The notes beneath the pieces were generated by a model. The model did not search any database, had not been told where the DNA came from, and saw only the letters and a program-made list of their open reading frames with translations. Shown piece by piece: positions 28,861-41,067 of a stretch of 64,000 bases of DNA. Every line of letters starts with the position of its first letter. Position 1 is the first letter of the stretch. Made by a program: the position numbers and the translations under genes. Origin of the DNA: an uncultured delta proteobacterium (GTDB taxonomy: Bacteria > Myxococcota_A > Polyangia > Fen-1088); contig CAWCMR010000025.1 of the NCBI GenBank assembly GCA_963796685.1, forward strand, positions 1,472,001 to 1,536,000, read 5' to 3'.

Positions 28861-31800
28861 GCGCCCTCTTTCGATGCGAGCTCGAAGAACAGGCCGAAAC
28901 GCGCCTTGGCCATGCTCTCGGCCTCTTGCGCGGTGGGCGCGGAATAGCGATCGAGGACTCCTGGCACCGGGCCTTGCAAAGAGCTCATGCTGCGCCCTTT
29001 GCCCTCCGCTTCACAGCACAGCTCGTCGATTTCGTCGAGCAGGGGTGTGTGGTTGCGCCGGCTCGCCAGCACCGCCTCGTGGGGAAGAAGGTAGGGGTGC
29101 ACGCCCGTGGCCGCGCCGCTTGTGTCGAGCGCGCCGGTCAGGAGATCGGCGCACAGGAGCGCCAGGTAGTCCCGCGCGCGCTCGCGTTCGAGGGGGCGGA
29201 ATCCCAGCGTGTGAACCTTGCCCGGGCCGTCGGAGCTGTAGAAGAGGACGCTGCGGTGACCGGGGAGGCTGGCCTCGTCGCTTGCCGCGGCCAACGCCAC
29301 ATAGTCGAGGAAGGCCCACAGATCCTCCCGGCAAATCTCCTTGCCGGAGATCCCGGCTCGGCAGGTGAAGCCCAAGGTGGCACCGCCGGTCTGTTCCGAC
29401 CGGCTGGAGAGCCTGGTCTCGCCGCCGAGGCGGACCGCGCGCGCAGGCCGACCCGCGGCGCCCGGCAGGGGAACGGCCAGGACGGGGGCCCGACGGTAAA
29501 CGACGCCTGTCCTCGCAGGGTTCTCGGCCGCGCTCTTCGCCAGGCGGACCACGCGGCACTCCACACGATGCAATCCCAATACCTCGGGCAGCATCTCGTG
29601 CCAGGCACGCAGAAGCCCTTCCTCGGCGCGCGTGCCGGCGGCGCGGAACAATCCCGTGGGCGAGCGTCCGCCGAGCTCCGCCTGGCCGGCTCGCCGCTCG
29701 TAGGCGGTACGTAGATCTTGCCAGGACGGCGTCGCCTGCGCGGCGACGAGAGCATCGGCCATGCTCGTGCGCAGAAGCCAAGACAATCCGCGACGATCCA
29801 TGTCGAAGGGCTCGTCTTCCACATCGGCCGGCGCGCGATCGTCGTCGTCGTGCATGCCCAGGCGAAAGCGCGCCGAACCTTGCAGGGGATCGTCGAGAAA
29901 GCGGCGAAGCGCGGACAGCGGAACGACCAAGGCGTCGCGCGCATCCTCCGCGTGCGCCGAGCTCGACTTGGCCGGCGGCGTGGGCGCCGTCCCGGGCAAA
30001 ACCTCGCCCTTGGCCATGGCCGCGCCCAGCTCCTTGGCCAGGTGCTCGCCCTCGGCGGCGGGCAGGACCGCTCGGCGCTCCGCGAGGTCGTCCCAGCGTC
30101 GCAGAGGGGGCCGCGCTTGAACATCGTCGCCGAACAGCCGGGCGAGCGCGGCCGGGTCGAGGTAGCCCTGACCGAGGATGGTGCGCAGCTCGAGCAACAC
30201 GGACGAGGCGGGCAGCTCGTCGCCCGTGATCTCGTCGCGCGCGACGTACGAGAGCGTGACGTGCTCGCGCGCCGACAGCAAGGTTTCGAGGAACATGTAC
30301 AGATCCTGCTCGCGGCGATCGACATCGCCCGCCTTGCGTGCGCCCGCCCGCAGGTCGAGCTCGTGGTGCCCCGCGGGGCGTGGGAACGCCTCTTGCCCGA
30401 GGCCGAGCACGAACACGGCGCGAAAAGGGATCGCGCGCATGGGCACGAACGAGGCCACGGCCACCCCGCTCGACAGGTAGTGGCCGCGGCTCGCAGGCGT
30501 GGCCGACAGGGCGCGCTCGGCGAGCTCGGCCGCCACGCGATAGGAAACCGGCCGCTGGCCGAGGCCCATGTCCGACAGATCTTCCAGCTCGGCGAGAAAA
30601 TGTCCGATCACCGACTTGCCCGCACCGTCGGCTTGGTCGAGCACGAGATAGGATTCGACCAGACCGCGGATGAAGTCGAGCCAGTCGCCGAGCGGTCGCT
30701 CCGACGTCTTGCCGCCACCCGAGGCGAAGCGCGCGTCGGCGATGAGCGAACGCGCGAGCAGACCGAACCCCAGGCATTCCTCGTCGGCGCTGTCGATGGC
30801 GGGGCCGGGCAGATAGCTCTCCCCGGCCAAGACGAGGGGCTCGTCCTCGCCGGGACCGCGCGAGTCGCACAGCGCGCCCAGCGCCAGTCTGCGCAGCCCC
30901 TGATCCCAGGTGAAGAGATCGTGCGTGACGTAGGAGCCACGCAGGTCGCCGCGGTCCGCGCCGCGCACGATGCCGAGCCCATGGGCCAGCTCGCGCCAGG
31001 TCTCGGGCGCGGCCTTGGGAAACCTGGCCATGAGGCAGGGATGGGTGAGGAGCGGCAGGAATTCCTTGCGGGTGAAGGTCGAGAAGGGCAAACGGAGCAG
31101 CAGCGCGATGGCCTCGGCGACGCGATGGGCGCTGGCGGCCGGCAGATCCGCTACGCTGTGGGGCAGAGCGCAGCTCTCGTCGAACACCGCCGAGAGTTGC
31201 GCCAGGTAGAGGTTCTTGCTGGCCTCGGGCACGATCACGGCCACGTCGCACAAGCGCAGCGTGGGATCGCGGCGTGCGAGATTCCAGATCTCCGCTGCCA
31301 CCACCTCGAGCTCGCGGCGCAGAGACGGGCAGGGCAGCACGCGCAGGCTGGCGTCGCACTCGCCGCGTTCCCCCTCGGACTTGTCCGGCATCCGCCGGTT
31401 GACGATGTCGCCCTGCAGACGGCGAAGCAAGCTGGCGCCTTGGCTCGCCTGCTCGGGGAAACGCGCATCCACGGTGACCCCCTCACAGGCGGCGAGCAGG
31501 CGAAGGTTCTCGCGGCCCGGCCGCGCCCAGCGGCGTAGCGCCGACTGCGCCTCGCGCCCGAGACCAAAGGGATCGTCCGCCGGGGGATCGGGCATGCCCC
31601 GGAGCTCGTCCTTGGCCTCGCGGCACGGGCTCAGGGTGTAGAGGTGGACCGTCGAGGCGCGCGCCAGCACCGCCAGCATGCGGTGGTAAACGGTCGCGAG
31701 GTAGGAAAGGCCGAACACGTGAACGGCTTTGCCGGCGAAGGGCGCCGGCTCTTTCGCCATGGCCTCTTCCCACAGGACATCGAGTCTCACGAAGCGAACG

Positions 31801-32378
31801 CCGCTGGCAAAGGCCAACTGGGCCAAGCGTCCGCCCGGTCCGAAGACGGCCCGCCAAAGCGCGCGCTGCCAGAGCGCGTGGCCGCGGTCATCGCCTGCGT
31901 TGCTTGCATCGCTTTCCCAGGTGGCGAGCATCTCGGGGCGCGAGCTCGCGTATTCGTCGAAGAGCTGGGCCAGCAGGGCCGCCAGTTGGCAGCGGCGGCG
32001 GTCCAGGGCGTCCCGGTCGCCGTCCGCCGTCCCCAGGTAGGCGCGCACATGGTGAAGTGGCGGCTCGGCGAGCAGGGCATCGTCGTGCAAGAGTGCCAGC
32101 AGGTGGCCCTCCACGTGCGCCGTCTGGGCGACCCTGGCGTCCGGTACGGCGCTGTCGACGATGCCGGTCAGGAACTTGCGCAGAAAGGTCGCTTCCAAGT
32201 TGGCGGCGATTCCACAGCGTTCGGCCACCTTGAGGCGGAGGAAGGTCTCCACATTACGATTGGGCACCACCACGCGAACGGGAGCCAGCGGCCCCGACCG
32301 CGCACGCTCGTCCGCGAGGTTCTGCACGAAGGCTTCCAGCAGCACCTCGGTGCGATGGGACGTGCATACACGGATCAC
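28857..32378 (-). CDS. recC: Exodeoxyribonuclease V gamma subunit
   Basis: SHRTEVL, VVVPN, GIAAN, LFDEY..SRP, PMRAIPFR, FLETLLSAR; GTG start at 32378 preferred over the longer ORF. Confidence 0.93.
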   Translation of the reverse strand: MIRVCTSHRTEVLLEAFVQNLADERARSGPLAPVRVVVPNRNVETFLRLKVAERCGIAANLEATFLRKFLTGIVDSAVPDARVAQTAHVEGHLLALLHDDALLAEPPLHHVRAYLGTADGDRDALDRRRCQLAALLAQLFDEYASSRPEMLATWESDASNAGDDRGHALWQRALWRAVFGPGGRLAQLAFASGVRFVRLDVLWEEAMAKEPAPFAGKAVHVFGLSYLATVYHRMLAVLARASTVHLYTLSPCREAKDELRGMPDPPADDPFGLGREAQSALRRWARPGRENLRLLAACEGVTVDARFPEQASQGASLLRRLQGDIVNRRMPDKSEGERGECDASLRVLPCPSLRRELEVVAAEIWNLARRDPTLRLCDVAVIVPEASKNLYLAQLSAVFDESCALPHSVADLPAASAHRVAEAIALLLRLPFSTFTRKEFLPLLTHPCLMARFPKAAPETWRELAHGLGIVRGADRGDLRGSYVTHDLFTWDQGLRRLALGALCDSRGPGEDEPLVLAGESYLPGPAIDSADEECLGFGLLARSLIADARFASGGGKTSERPLGDWLDFIRGLVESYLVLDQADGAGKSVIGHFLAELEDLSDMGLGQRPVSYRVAAELAERALSATPASRGHYLSSGVAVASFVPMRAIPFRAVFVLGLGQEAFPRPAGHHELDLRAGARKAGDVDRREQDLYMFLETLLSAREHVTLSYVARDEITGDELPASSVLLELRTILGQGYLDPAALARLFGDDVQARPPLRRWDDLAERRAVLPAAEGEHLAKELGAAMAKGEVLPGTAPTPPAKSSSAHAEDARDALVVPLSALRRFLDDPLQGSARFRLGMHDDDDRAPADVEDEPFDMDRRGLSWLLRTSMADALVAAQATPSWQDLRTAYERRAGQAELGGRSPTGLFRAAGTRAEEGLLRAWHEMLPEVLGLHRVECRVVRLAKSAAENPARTGVVYRRAPVLAVPLPGAAGRPARAVRLGGETRLSSRSEQTGGATLGFTCRAGISGKEICREDLWAFLDYVALAAASDEASLPGHRSVLFYSSDGPGKVHTLGFRPLERERARDYLALLCADLLTGALDTSGAATGVHPYLLPHEAVLASRRNHTPLLDEIDELCCEAEGKGRSMSSLQGPVPGVLDRYSAPTAQEAESMAKARFGLFFELASKEGA

Positions 32379-32466
32379 GGGGCGCAGAATACTCCGCACC
32401 GCACACAGGCGATTCGCAGATCGCATAAGAAATCGAGCTTTATCCGATACAGGTTTCCAGTCTTCG

Positions 32467-33804
32467 ATGTTCGACACAGAAAGAGCTCCATCCGCCAGTC
32501 GGCTTACGGCCTACTTCGTGCCCCTCGCGCTTCAGGCCGCATCGCAGAGCTTGAGCTACCCGCTCGTGGCCATGGTGGCCTCGCATGGAGAGGGCGGCGC
32601 GTTGAATCTGGCCGGCGTGGCCCAGTCCAACATCGTGATGTTCATGGTCGGGACCCTGGGCTCGGGCTTGGTCACGGCGGGCATGGTGTTCGCCCGCAGC
32701 CGACGGGGCTATGCCCGTTTCATCGCCATCAACAACCTGTTGTCGCTGGCCACGGCGCTGATTCAGGCCGCACTGTGCATTCCCGCGGTCGGGCACCTCC
32801 TTTTCAGCACCCTGATCGGCTTGCCGGCCTCCATCGAAAGACCGGCCCAGCAGGCGTTTCCCTTCACCATCCTGCTCAACGTCTTGTTCTACGCGCGCAA
32901 TCCCTACCAGGTTCTACTTTACAACAACGGCGCTTCCGGTCGCGCCAGTGCCGCGACCTTCGCCCGCATCGGCTTGACCCTGGCGCTCTCGCCGCTGTTC
33001 TGTTCCTGGGGCCTCGTCGGTTCGCGCTGGGCCATGGTGTGCCAGTCCATTCCCGTGGCCCTGGAAACCCTGGTTTCCTGGTGGTACAGCCGGCCGTTCG
33101 TTGCCACGCTGGCCGAGGACATCGTGCCCGCGGCCAGCCGGCGCAAGATTTTGCTCTTCACCCTGCCGCTGTCGCTCGGCGCGTTCTTGACGACCCTGTC
33201 GGGGATGATCCTGGGCGCCGTGATTGCGCGCGCCGGACAACCCGAGCACATGCTGCCCGCGTACTACCTCGCCGTGGGGCTGGCGGGCCCGGCCGCCTTC
33301 GCCGCCAGCCGAGTCGAGAATGTGGTCATTTCGTTCCCGCCGCGCACGCGCGAGGACACGAGCGTGTTGCGCTTTTCAGTGGCGGCCGGCGCCATCTTGT
33401 CGCTTATTCCGCTCGTCTTTCTTTTGCCAGGGCTCGCCCATTGGTACTACGTGGGGATGCAGCGCCTGCCGCCCGCCGACCTGCGGCTGGTCTACACCAC
33501 GTCGCTGCTCTTCATCGGGTTTCCCGTCACGGTCGCCCTGCGTTGCCACCGCGAGGGACTGGCCGCGCTCGAACGTCGCACACCTACCGTCCTGGCCGGC
33601 GACTTCGCATACATGGCTGCGCTGGCCACGACCGCCTCGGTCTGCCTGGCCCTCAAGGTTCCGGGCAACGTCCTCGGCCCGATCGTGGTCGCAAGCAGCA
33701 ACCTGGCCAGCCTGGGCATGCTCGTCCTGCTCTTGCGCGAGAAGCGGGCCGAGGCCGAATCTCCGGTGGTGCCGGTTGCCGGCCAAGAGGGGTACGAGGG
33801 CTGA
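32467..33804 (+). CDS. MOP/MATE-like multi-TM transporter (ANKH-like appearance)
   Basis: Two-fold repeated hydrophobic halves (YFVPLALQ / FTLPLSLG), about 12 TM segments. Confidence 0.6.
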   Translation: MFDTERAPSASRLTAYFVPLALQAASQSLSYPLVAMVASHGEGGALNLAGVAQSNIVMFMVGTLGSGLVTAGMVFARSRRGYARFIAINNLLSLATALIQAALCIPAVGHLLFSTLIGLPASIERPAQQAFPFTILLNVLFYARNPYQVLLYNNGASGRASAATFARIGLTLALSPLFCSWGLVGSRWAMVCQSIPVALETLVSWWYSRPFVATLAEDIVPAASRRKILLFTLPLSLGAFLTTLSGMILGAVIARAGQPEHMLPAYYLAVGLAGPAAFAASRVENVVISFPPRTREDTSVLRFSVAAGAILSLIPLVFLLPGLAHWYYVGMQRLPPADLRLVYTTSLLFIGFPVTVALRCHREGLAALERRTPTVLAGDFAYMAALATTASVCLALKVPGNVLGPIVVASSNLASLGMLVLLLREKRAEAESPVVPVAGQEGYEG

Positions 33805-33908
33805 CGCTTCAGCCCCTTCGTGGCGGAAGGCGTCCTGCGACCTAGACCACTCGCCAAAACGCGACCCAAGGCGTATTCTAATAGTCCCAATTATCTGAAG
33901 GAAGTCGC

Positions 33909-34415
33909 ATGCAGATCGCAGAAAGAACCGTCGTCACCATCCATTACACGCTGACCGATACCAAGGGCACCGTGCTCGACTCCTCGGAGGGGCCGGAGAG
34001 TGGCGAACCGCTTTCCTACGTGCACGGCTCGGGCATGATCGTTCCCGGTCTGGAAGAGGCGTTGCTCGGCAAGTCGGAAGGGGATCACGTCAAGGTCACC
34101 ATCGGGCCCGAGGGCGGCTACGGCCCGCGCGAGGAGAAGTTGGTGGAAAAGCTTTCGCGCGAGGAGTTCCCCTCGGGCGAGATCGAAGTCGGCATGCACT
34201 TCCGCTCCCACGGACCCCACGGGGCGCGCGTGCTGACGGTGGTGGCCACCGACGCAGACACGGTCACGGTGGACGGCAATCACCCCCTGGCGGGCGCCAC
34301 CCTCAACTTCGACGTCAAGGTCATCGGGGTGCGCGAAGCCACGGCCAAAGACATACACGGCGACGACCACGGCGACCACGACTGCAGCAGCTGCCACGGT
34401 TGCGGCAGCCACTAG
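33909..34415 (+). CDS. slyD: FKBP-type peptidyl-prolyl isomerase SlyD
   Basis: VVTIHYTL, PGLEEAL, YG, VDGNHPLAG, His/Cys-rich tail. Confidence 0.93.
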   Translation: MQIAERTVVTIHYTLTDTKGTVLDSSEGPESGEPLSYVHGSGMIVPGLEEALLGKSEGDHVKVTIGPEGGYGPREEKLVEKLSREEFPSGEIEVGMHFRSHGPHGARVLTVVATDADTVTVDGNHPLAGATLNFDVKVIGVREATAKDIHGDDHGDHDCSSCHGCGSH

Positions 34416-34425
34416 CAATTCGGGT

Positions 34426-35919
<1,494 letters not shown>

Positions 35920-35976
35920 GCGGGCGCAGTCTAACGCCTTTTCGTCCAGCGCGCAGCGTCTGCTTGTCCGGTCGGT

Positions 35977-37098
35977 CTAGTCGTCCCCTTTGGACAGGGC
36001 CTTGCCCCCGCGCTGGTATTTGACCACGGCGGCCTCATGCTCGGCGATGGTAGCCGAGAAGTGGTGGGTGCCGTCGTTCTTGGCCACGAAGTAGAGGTAG
36101 TTGCTGCCGTCGGGCCGGAACACGGCGGCCAGGGCCGCGCGCCCGGGGTTGGCGATGGGGCCGGGCGGCAGGCCCTCGTGGGTGTACGTGTTGTACGGGT
36201 TGGCCGTGTCGTCGAGCTGGATGCGTCGGATGCGGCCATCCCACTTCTCGCAGGCTGGCGACTTCGTGCCGAGAAACAGCGGCGCCACGGTGCAGCCGTA
36301 GACGATGGTCGGATCGGTTTGCAGCAGCTTGGGCCGGAAGCTGGATTTGACCAGGCGGTTGATGAAGACCTGGGCGATGCGTGGCCGCTCCTCGGGCCGG
36401 CCGGTTTCCTTCTCTACGATGGAGGCCAAGGTCACGATGGCGGCATCGTCGAACTTCAGTTTCGTGCGAAGGTAAGTCGCGACCGTGGGATTGGCCGCGC
36501 GCAGCTCCTCGAAGACCTGGCGGTGACGCCTGACCATGGCGGTCAGCACGCGGCTGGCCTGCGAGTGCGGGCGCAGCTTGTAGGTATCCGGGAAGAGATA
36601 GCCTTCGAGGGATCGGCCGGGCAAGTCCAGGCTCTTGACGAAGATGGGATCCATGGCCAGGGCCAGGAGCTCGGCCTTGTTGGCGATCCCGGCGGCGTCG
36701 AGAATCTCGGCCACCTCGATCATGTTCTTGCCCTCGGGGATGGTGACCGCCACCAGCTCGTCGGCCACGCCCTTGACGATCAGGTCCACGAGCTGGCGCG
36801 GCGTGATGGGCGCCTGGATCTTGTAGTGGCCGGGACGGAAGCGGCTGGCGGCGCCGCGCTGGCCGGCGTAAAGCCGAAAGAACGCGGGCCGCTCGATGAG
36901 CCCGGCTTCGCCCAAGAGCTCGGACACCTTCTGCGCGCCGGCGCCGCGCGGGATCTCGACATCCACGGTGCCCCTGGCCGATCCCGTGGCCCGGTCGGGA
37001 TAGGTGGCGATCTTGTGCACCAGCCAGGCCCCGCACACAAGTCCCAGCCCGGTGGTGACGAGGAAAACCTGAAAGGCTCGGCGGCGGGGCGAGGTCAT
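35977..37098 (-). CDS. mltG: Endolytic transglycosylase MltG
   Basis: TM, TIPEG, LEGYLFPDTY, LASIVEKE, LQTDPT, YNTY...GLPPGPIANPG. Confidence 0.95.
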   Translation of the reverse strand: MTSPRRRAFQVFLVTTGLGLVCGAWLVHKIATYPDRATGSARGTVDVEIPRGAGAQKVSELLGEAGLIERPAFFRLYAGQRGAASRFRPGHYKIQAPITPRQLVDLIVKGVADELVAVTIPEGKNMIEVAEILDAAGIANKAELLALAMDPIFVKSLDLPGRSLEGYLFPDTYKLRPHSQASRVLTAMVRRHRQVFEELRAANPTVATYLRTKLKFDDAAIVTLASIVEKETGRPEERPRIAQVFINRLVKSSFRPKLLQTDPTIVYGCTVAPLFLGTKSPACEKWDGRIRRIQLDDTANPYNTYTHEGLPPGPIANPGRAALAAVFRPDGSNYLYFVAKNDGTHHFSATIAEHEAAVVKYQRGGKALSKGDD

Positions 37099-37175
37099 GG
37101 ATTCCTTTCTAAGTAAGAACCCTCGAAGGGTTCTTACCAACTCCCGCGATGAGTGACGTCGGGCAAAGCCCGCCT

Positions 37176-37613
37176 TCACTCACGCGAGTCCTCTGTTTTA
37201 CCCCGATTGGCGTCGAGCCAGCGCTGCAAGATGACGGCGGCGGCCATTTTGTCGACCACCTGTTTGCGCCGCGCGCGCGACACGTCGGCGGCCAGCAGCA
37301 CCGCCTCGGCCTCGACGGTGCTGAAGCTTTCGTCGACCAGCTCGACGGGTACGTGCAAGGCCGCGCGCAACTTGTCGCCGAACACCCGCGCGCGCCCGGC
37401 GGCCGGCCCCTCCTGCCCTTCGCAGTCGAGCGGCAGGCCGAGCACGATGCGATCGGCCTCGGCATCCTTGACGGCCGCAGCGATGGCGTCGATGTCGCGC
37501 ACGCCCCCGTGGCGCGCGATGGTCGCGCGTGGTTGGGCGAAAAGTCCCAGTCCGTCCGACACCGCGACGCCGATGCGGCGCGAGCCGAGGTCGATGCCAA
37601 GCACTCTGGCCAT
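37176..37613 (-). CDS. ruvX: YqgF/RuvX RNase H-like nuclease
   Basis: LGIDLGSRRIGVAVSD, GLP, VDESFST, VDKMAAAVILQ. Confidence 0.93.
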   Translation of the reverse strand: MARVLGIDLGSRRIGVAVSDGLGLFAQPRATIARHGGVRDIDAIAAAVKDAEADRIVLGLPLDCEGQEGPAAGRARVFGDKLRAALHVPVELVDESFSTVEAEAVLLAADVSRARRKQVVDKMAAAVILQRWLDANRGKTEDSRE

Positions 37614-37657
37614 GAAAGGTTCCTAGTCTATAACCGGACTTGCGGTACAACTTCCAC

Positions 37658-37961
37658 ATGTCCGACCAACCCAAAGTCCCGGCCAACGCCCCCCAGCTGC
37701 AGATTCGAGCTCGACGACGCCACGGCCCAGGGGGCCTATTGCAACCTGGTCTTCCTCAACCACAACGACGCCGAATTCACCTTCGACTTCGTCTACGTGC
37801 AGCCCGGCGGGCCGCGCGCGCGCGTTCGTTCGCGCATCATCCTTTCCCCGCGTCATGCCAAACGCTTCCTGCGCGCCCTCGAAAACAACGTCAGCCGCTA
37901 CGAGCAGGTCTTCGGCAAAATCGACGAAGGCGCGACCGTGGATCCGGCGACGGTCAGCTAG
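37658..37961 (+). CDS. DUF3467 family protein, one extra base at about 37705
   Basis: MSDQPK...QLQI joins ELDDATAQGAYCNL...EFTFDF...VRSRIILSPRHAKRF...NVSRYE..FG after a 1-nt correction. Confidence 0.8.
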
Positions 37962-37974
37962 CTACTCCTGGTTC

Positions 37975-38913
37975 CTAGTTATAGGTCGCCGAGAAGAGCA
38001 GCGATACGGCGGTGGCCGTCATTCTGGCGTCGACCTGCTTCATCTTCATGGAGGCGACGTGGAGCATGCCGGCGACCCCGAGCCCCCAGTTGCTGGACAC
38101 CCACCACTCCTTGCCGACCTTGAAGCTTGCCCCGACGCCCAGGTCGGTCAGGTCGACGCTGTTATTCGAGCTGTTCGAGCTGTTCGAATTGTTGTTGCTT
38201 TCCGTGACCTGGGACAGCGCCAGGGTTCCGGACAGGTACAGATTCGACGGCAAGAAATAGTAGGTGACCCCAGGCCCGATCCCGAACAAGGCCAGGTCAT
38301 ACCCGAGAGATTGGGATCCCTGGCCATAGTCGAGCGTCGGATTGGATGCCATGGTCATCAACATCTCGCCGTAAAACACCAGATTGGGGGTCACGGCCCC
38401 GCCGAAGGCGAAGGTCATGGTCAAGCCACCGCCTGAGATGGTCTCATCCTGGCCGGCGTAGCTGAACTTCGTGTTCAGGTAACCGAGGCCGCCAGTCAGA
38501 CGCATATAGAATCCGTCGTGAAGGTGGTATCCCGGCGGCGGCCCCAGGTCCTGTCGTGGGTAATAGCCAGGTGGAGGCAGGTAACCCGGTGGCGGATAGT
38601 AGCCGGGCGGCGGGTAGTAGCCGGGCGGCGAGTAGTAGCCGGGAGGGGAGCCATAGCCGGGCGGTGGGTAATAGGTAGGGGGCGGTGCGGTGGCTGGCGG
38701 TTGGGCTAACACCCCTGGCGGCGTGGCCGAGGGGACCGTGGCGGCTTGCGGCGCGGCCGTGGCGGACGCGGTGTTGGCGGGCTCGGGCAGGGGCTGAGCA
38801 AGGGCGGACGCGGTCGCCACGCACAGCCACGCCGTGGATATCCCGGCAATGCTCACAAATCTGGGCTTCGGGGTCATCACTGCTCCAGTCGCGCGACCAA
38901 GGGTCGTCACCAT
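37975..38913 (-). CDS. Outer-membrane beta-barrel protein with N-terminal (Y)YPPPG repeats
   Basis: Signal peptide, Pro/Tyr repeats, HDGFYMR, alternating beta strands, terminal SATYN; start could be 38877. Confidence 0.78.
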   Translation of the reverse strand: MVTTLGRATGAVMTPKPRFVSIAGISTAWLCVATASALAQPLPEPANTASATAAPQAATVPSATPPGVLAQPPATAPPPTYYPPPGYGSPPGYYSPPGYYPPPGYYPPPGYLPPPGYYPRQDLGPPPGYHLHDGFYMRLTGGLGYLNTKFSYAGQDETISGGGLTMTFAFGGAVTPNLVFYGEMLMTMASNPTLDYGQGSQSLGYDLALFGIGPGVTYYFLPSNLYLSGTLALSQVTESNNNSNSSNSSNNSVDLTDLGVGASFKVGKEWWVSSNWGLGVAGMLHVASMKMKQVDARMTATAVSLLFSATYN

Positions 38914-38982
38914 CCTACTATGACGACGGCACGATCGCGCGTAAGCCGCGAGAGTCAGAATGTATACTACATATATTTTCGT

Positions 38983-39013
38983 TTGACAGCTTACTATTTA
39001 TATACGATAGTAA
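38983..39013 (+). promoter_or_regulatory. AT-rich promoter with inverted repeat upstream of the subtilase
   Basis: TTGACA at 38983, GATAGT 17 bp later; TTACTAT-N9-ATAGTAA at 38991-39013. Confidence 0.45.
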
Positions 39014-39066
39014 AATTCGTGTGCTGTCTTCTACGGGTGCCTGGGCAAGCAAGAGGAGCGGAGCCA

Positions 39067-40996
39067 ATGGAGCGCGAGAGGTTGTTTTCGAGGGGGGCGC
39101 TGGGCTGGCTTCTCATTCTTTCCAGCGCGGTAGGATGCGAGCCCGCTGGCTTGAACGCCGACGATTCCACTGCCTCGTCCGAGCTCGCCGGACCTCCTGA
39201 AGGCTGGACCAGGGTCGAGCCATCCATCGCCGCGGATGTGCAGGCCGGCCGGCCGCGCGAGGTCATCGTGATGTTGGCCGACGAGCCGGTGCGCCTGCGC
39301 CGGGCGGCTTTTCGCATGACCATCCCGAGCGATTCCTTCGACGCGTACCTGGGCAGCGTGAAGGCGGATCTCGACAGCGTGAAGGACGGCGTGTTAACGG
39401 CCGCGTCCGGCCGCCTGATAACGCTACACAGCTACGACCAGCTCCCGGTCATGCACGTGCGCGTCGACTCACCCGAGGCCTTGGCTGCCTTGGAGTCGAA
39501 CACCGACGTGGTGGCCGTGGTCGAGGATCGGGCCATGCAGGCCTTTGGCAATGTCCCCGCGGACCTTGTCCAGGTGGGGCAACCCGCGGCCGCCGCGGCC
39601 GGAAAGCTGGGGGCCGGCACCACGGTTGCCGTTCTCGACACGGGAACGGACTACAAGCGCGCCCCCTTCAAATGCACCGCCCCCGGCGTCCCTGCGGCCT
39701 GCCCGGTGATCTTCGCCAAGGACTTCGCCGTCGACGACAAGGCCCTCGACACCGGCAGCTTTCACGGCACGAACGTATCGGGCATCGTGTTGTCCATGGC
39801 CCCTGCCGCCAAAATCGCCGCCCTCGATGTCTTCGATGGCGATTGGGCCTATACCTCCAGCATCTTGGCGGCCATCAACTGGTGCGTGCAGAACAAAGCC
39901 AAATACCACATCGTTTCCATCAACATGAGCCTGGGCGGGGGGGCTTTTCTCCGCACCGTGCGGCTACGATCCGTTCGCCCCGTCCATCGCGGCGGCGCGT
40001 GCCGCCGGGATCTTGTCCGCCGTCGCCTCGGGAAACTCGGCCTCGTCCACGGGCATCGCCAGCCCGGCTTGTGCGCCAGCCGCGGTCTCGGTGGGCGCGG
40101 TCTACTCCGCGAACGTCGGCGCTCTGAGCACCTCGGTGTGCAGAGACGCCACGAGCGCAGCCGACCAGGTCGCGTGCTTTTCCAACTCGGCCTCGTTCCT
40201 GACCGTTCTTGCTCCGGGCGTGGGCATCACCGCTGCCGGCATCACCATGTCCGGGACCTCGCAAGCCACACCGCACGTGGCTGGCGCCATCGCCGTGCTG
40301 GCGTCGGCGCAACCCAGCGCCGGACCGGATGCGCTGGTGGCCCGCCTCACGACCTCGAACACCCCGATCCTGGATAGGCGCAACAGCGTCACCACGCCGC
40401 GCCTGGATCTTGGGGCTGCCCTCGCCCTTGCGCCCGCGCCCACCGGCCAAGTCGTCATCAACGGAGGCGCCAAGTACACCCAATCGACCGTCGTGACCGT
40501 CGACGTCACCACTACCACGGGCACAGCGGCCCAGGTTTGTCTGAGCGCGACCACGACTTGCAGCGCTTGGAAGACGTTCGCGACCTCCGTGGCGTGGACG
40601 CTGGCTTCCGGAAACGGCGTCAGGACTGTCTACGTCTGGTGGAAGAGCTCCGACGGTGCGGCCTCCGAGGCCCCGGTATCGGCCGCCATCACCCTCGACA
40701 CGACTGCGCCGACCAACGGAACCTTGACCGGCACGCTGTCGGGCAACGTGGCCACCCTGACCTGGAACGGAGCCAAGGACACCGGCTCGGGCCTGGCCTC
40801 CTACAAGCTCGTGGCTCTGACGGGCAGCGCACCCAAGAACTGTTCCTCGGGCACCCCGCTCTATGCCGGCACGGCGACCACCTTTACGACCGCCGCGTTG
40901 CCCGTGGGCACGACCTACTTCCGCCTGTGCGCCGTGGACAATGTGGGCAACCTCAGCGCCGGCATCCTGGCAGCGACCAAGATCACAGGCAAGTAG
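39067..40996 (+). CDS. S8 subtilisin-like lipoprotein protease with C-terminal Ig/Fn3-like domains; frameshift in the G7 run at 39937-39943
   Basis: Lipobox AVGC; triad VLDTG, HGT, GTSQATPHVAG; NMSLGG, ASGN; the two ORFs join after a 1-nt correction. Confidence 0.87.
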
Positions 40997-41006
40997 CCCT
41001 CCGGGC

Positions 41007-41046
41007 AAAACAAAAGGGCGTGCCGGCTCGTGGCCAACACGCCCTT
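41007..41046 (-). terminator. Intrinsic terminator between convergent genes
   Basis: AAGGGCGTG...CACGCCCTT stem followed by a T-rich run on the minus strand. Confidence 0.65.
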
Positions 41047-41067
41047 GGGCGTTTCGTTGCGAAACGA

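Noticed and set aside
23486-32378. recCBD as a novel helicase-nuclease defence system
   Set aside because: Canonical order, sizes and motifs of housekeeping RecBCD with no accessory genes.
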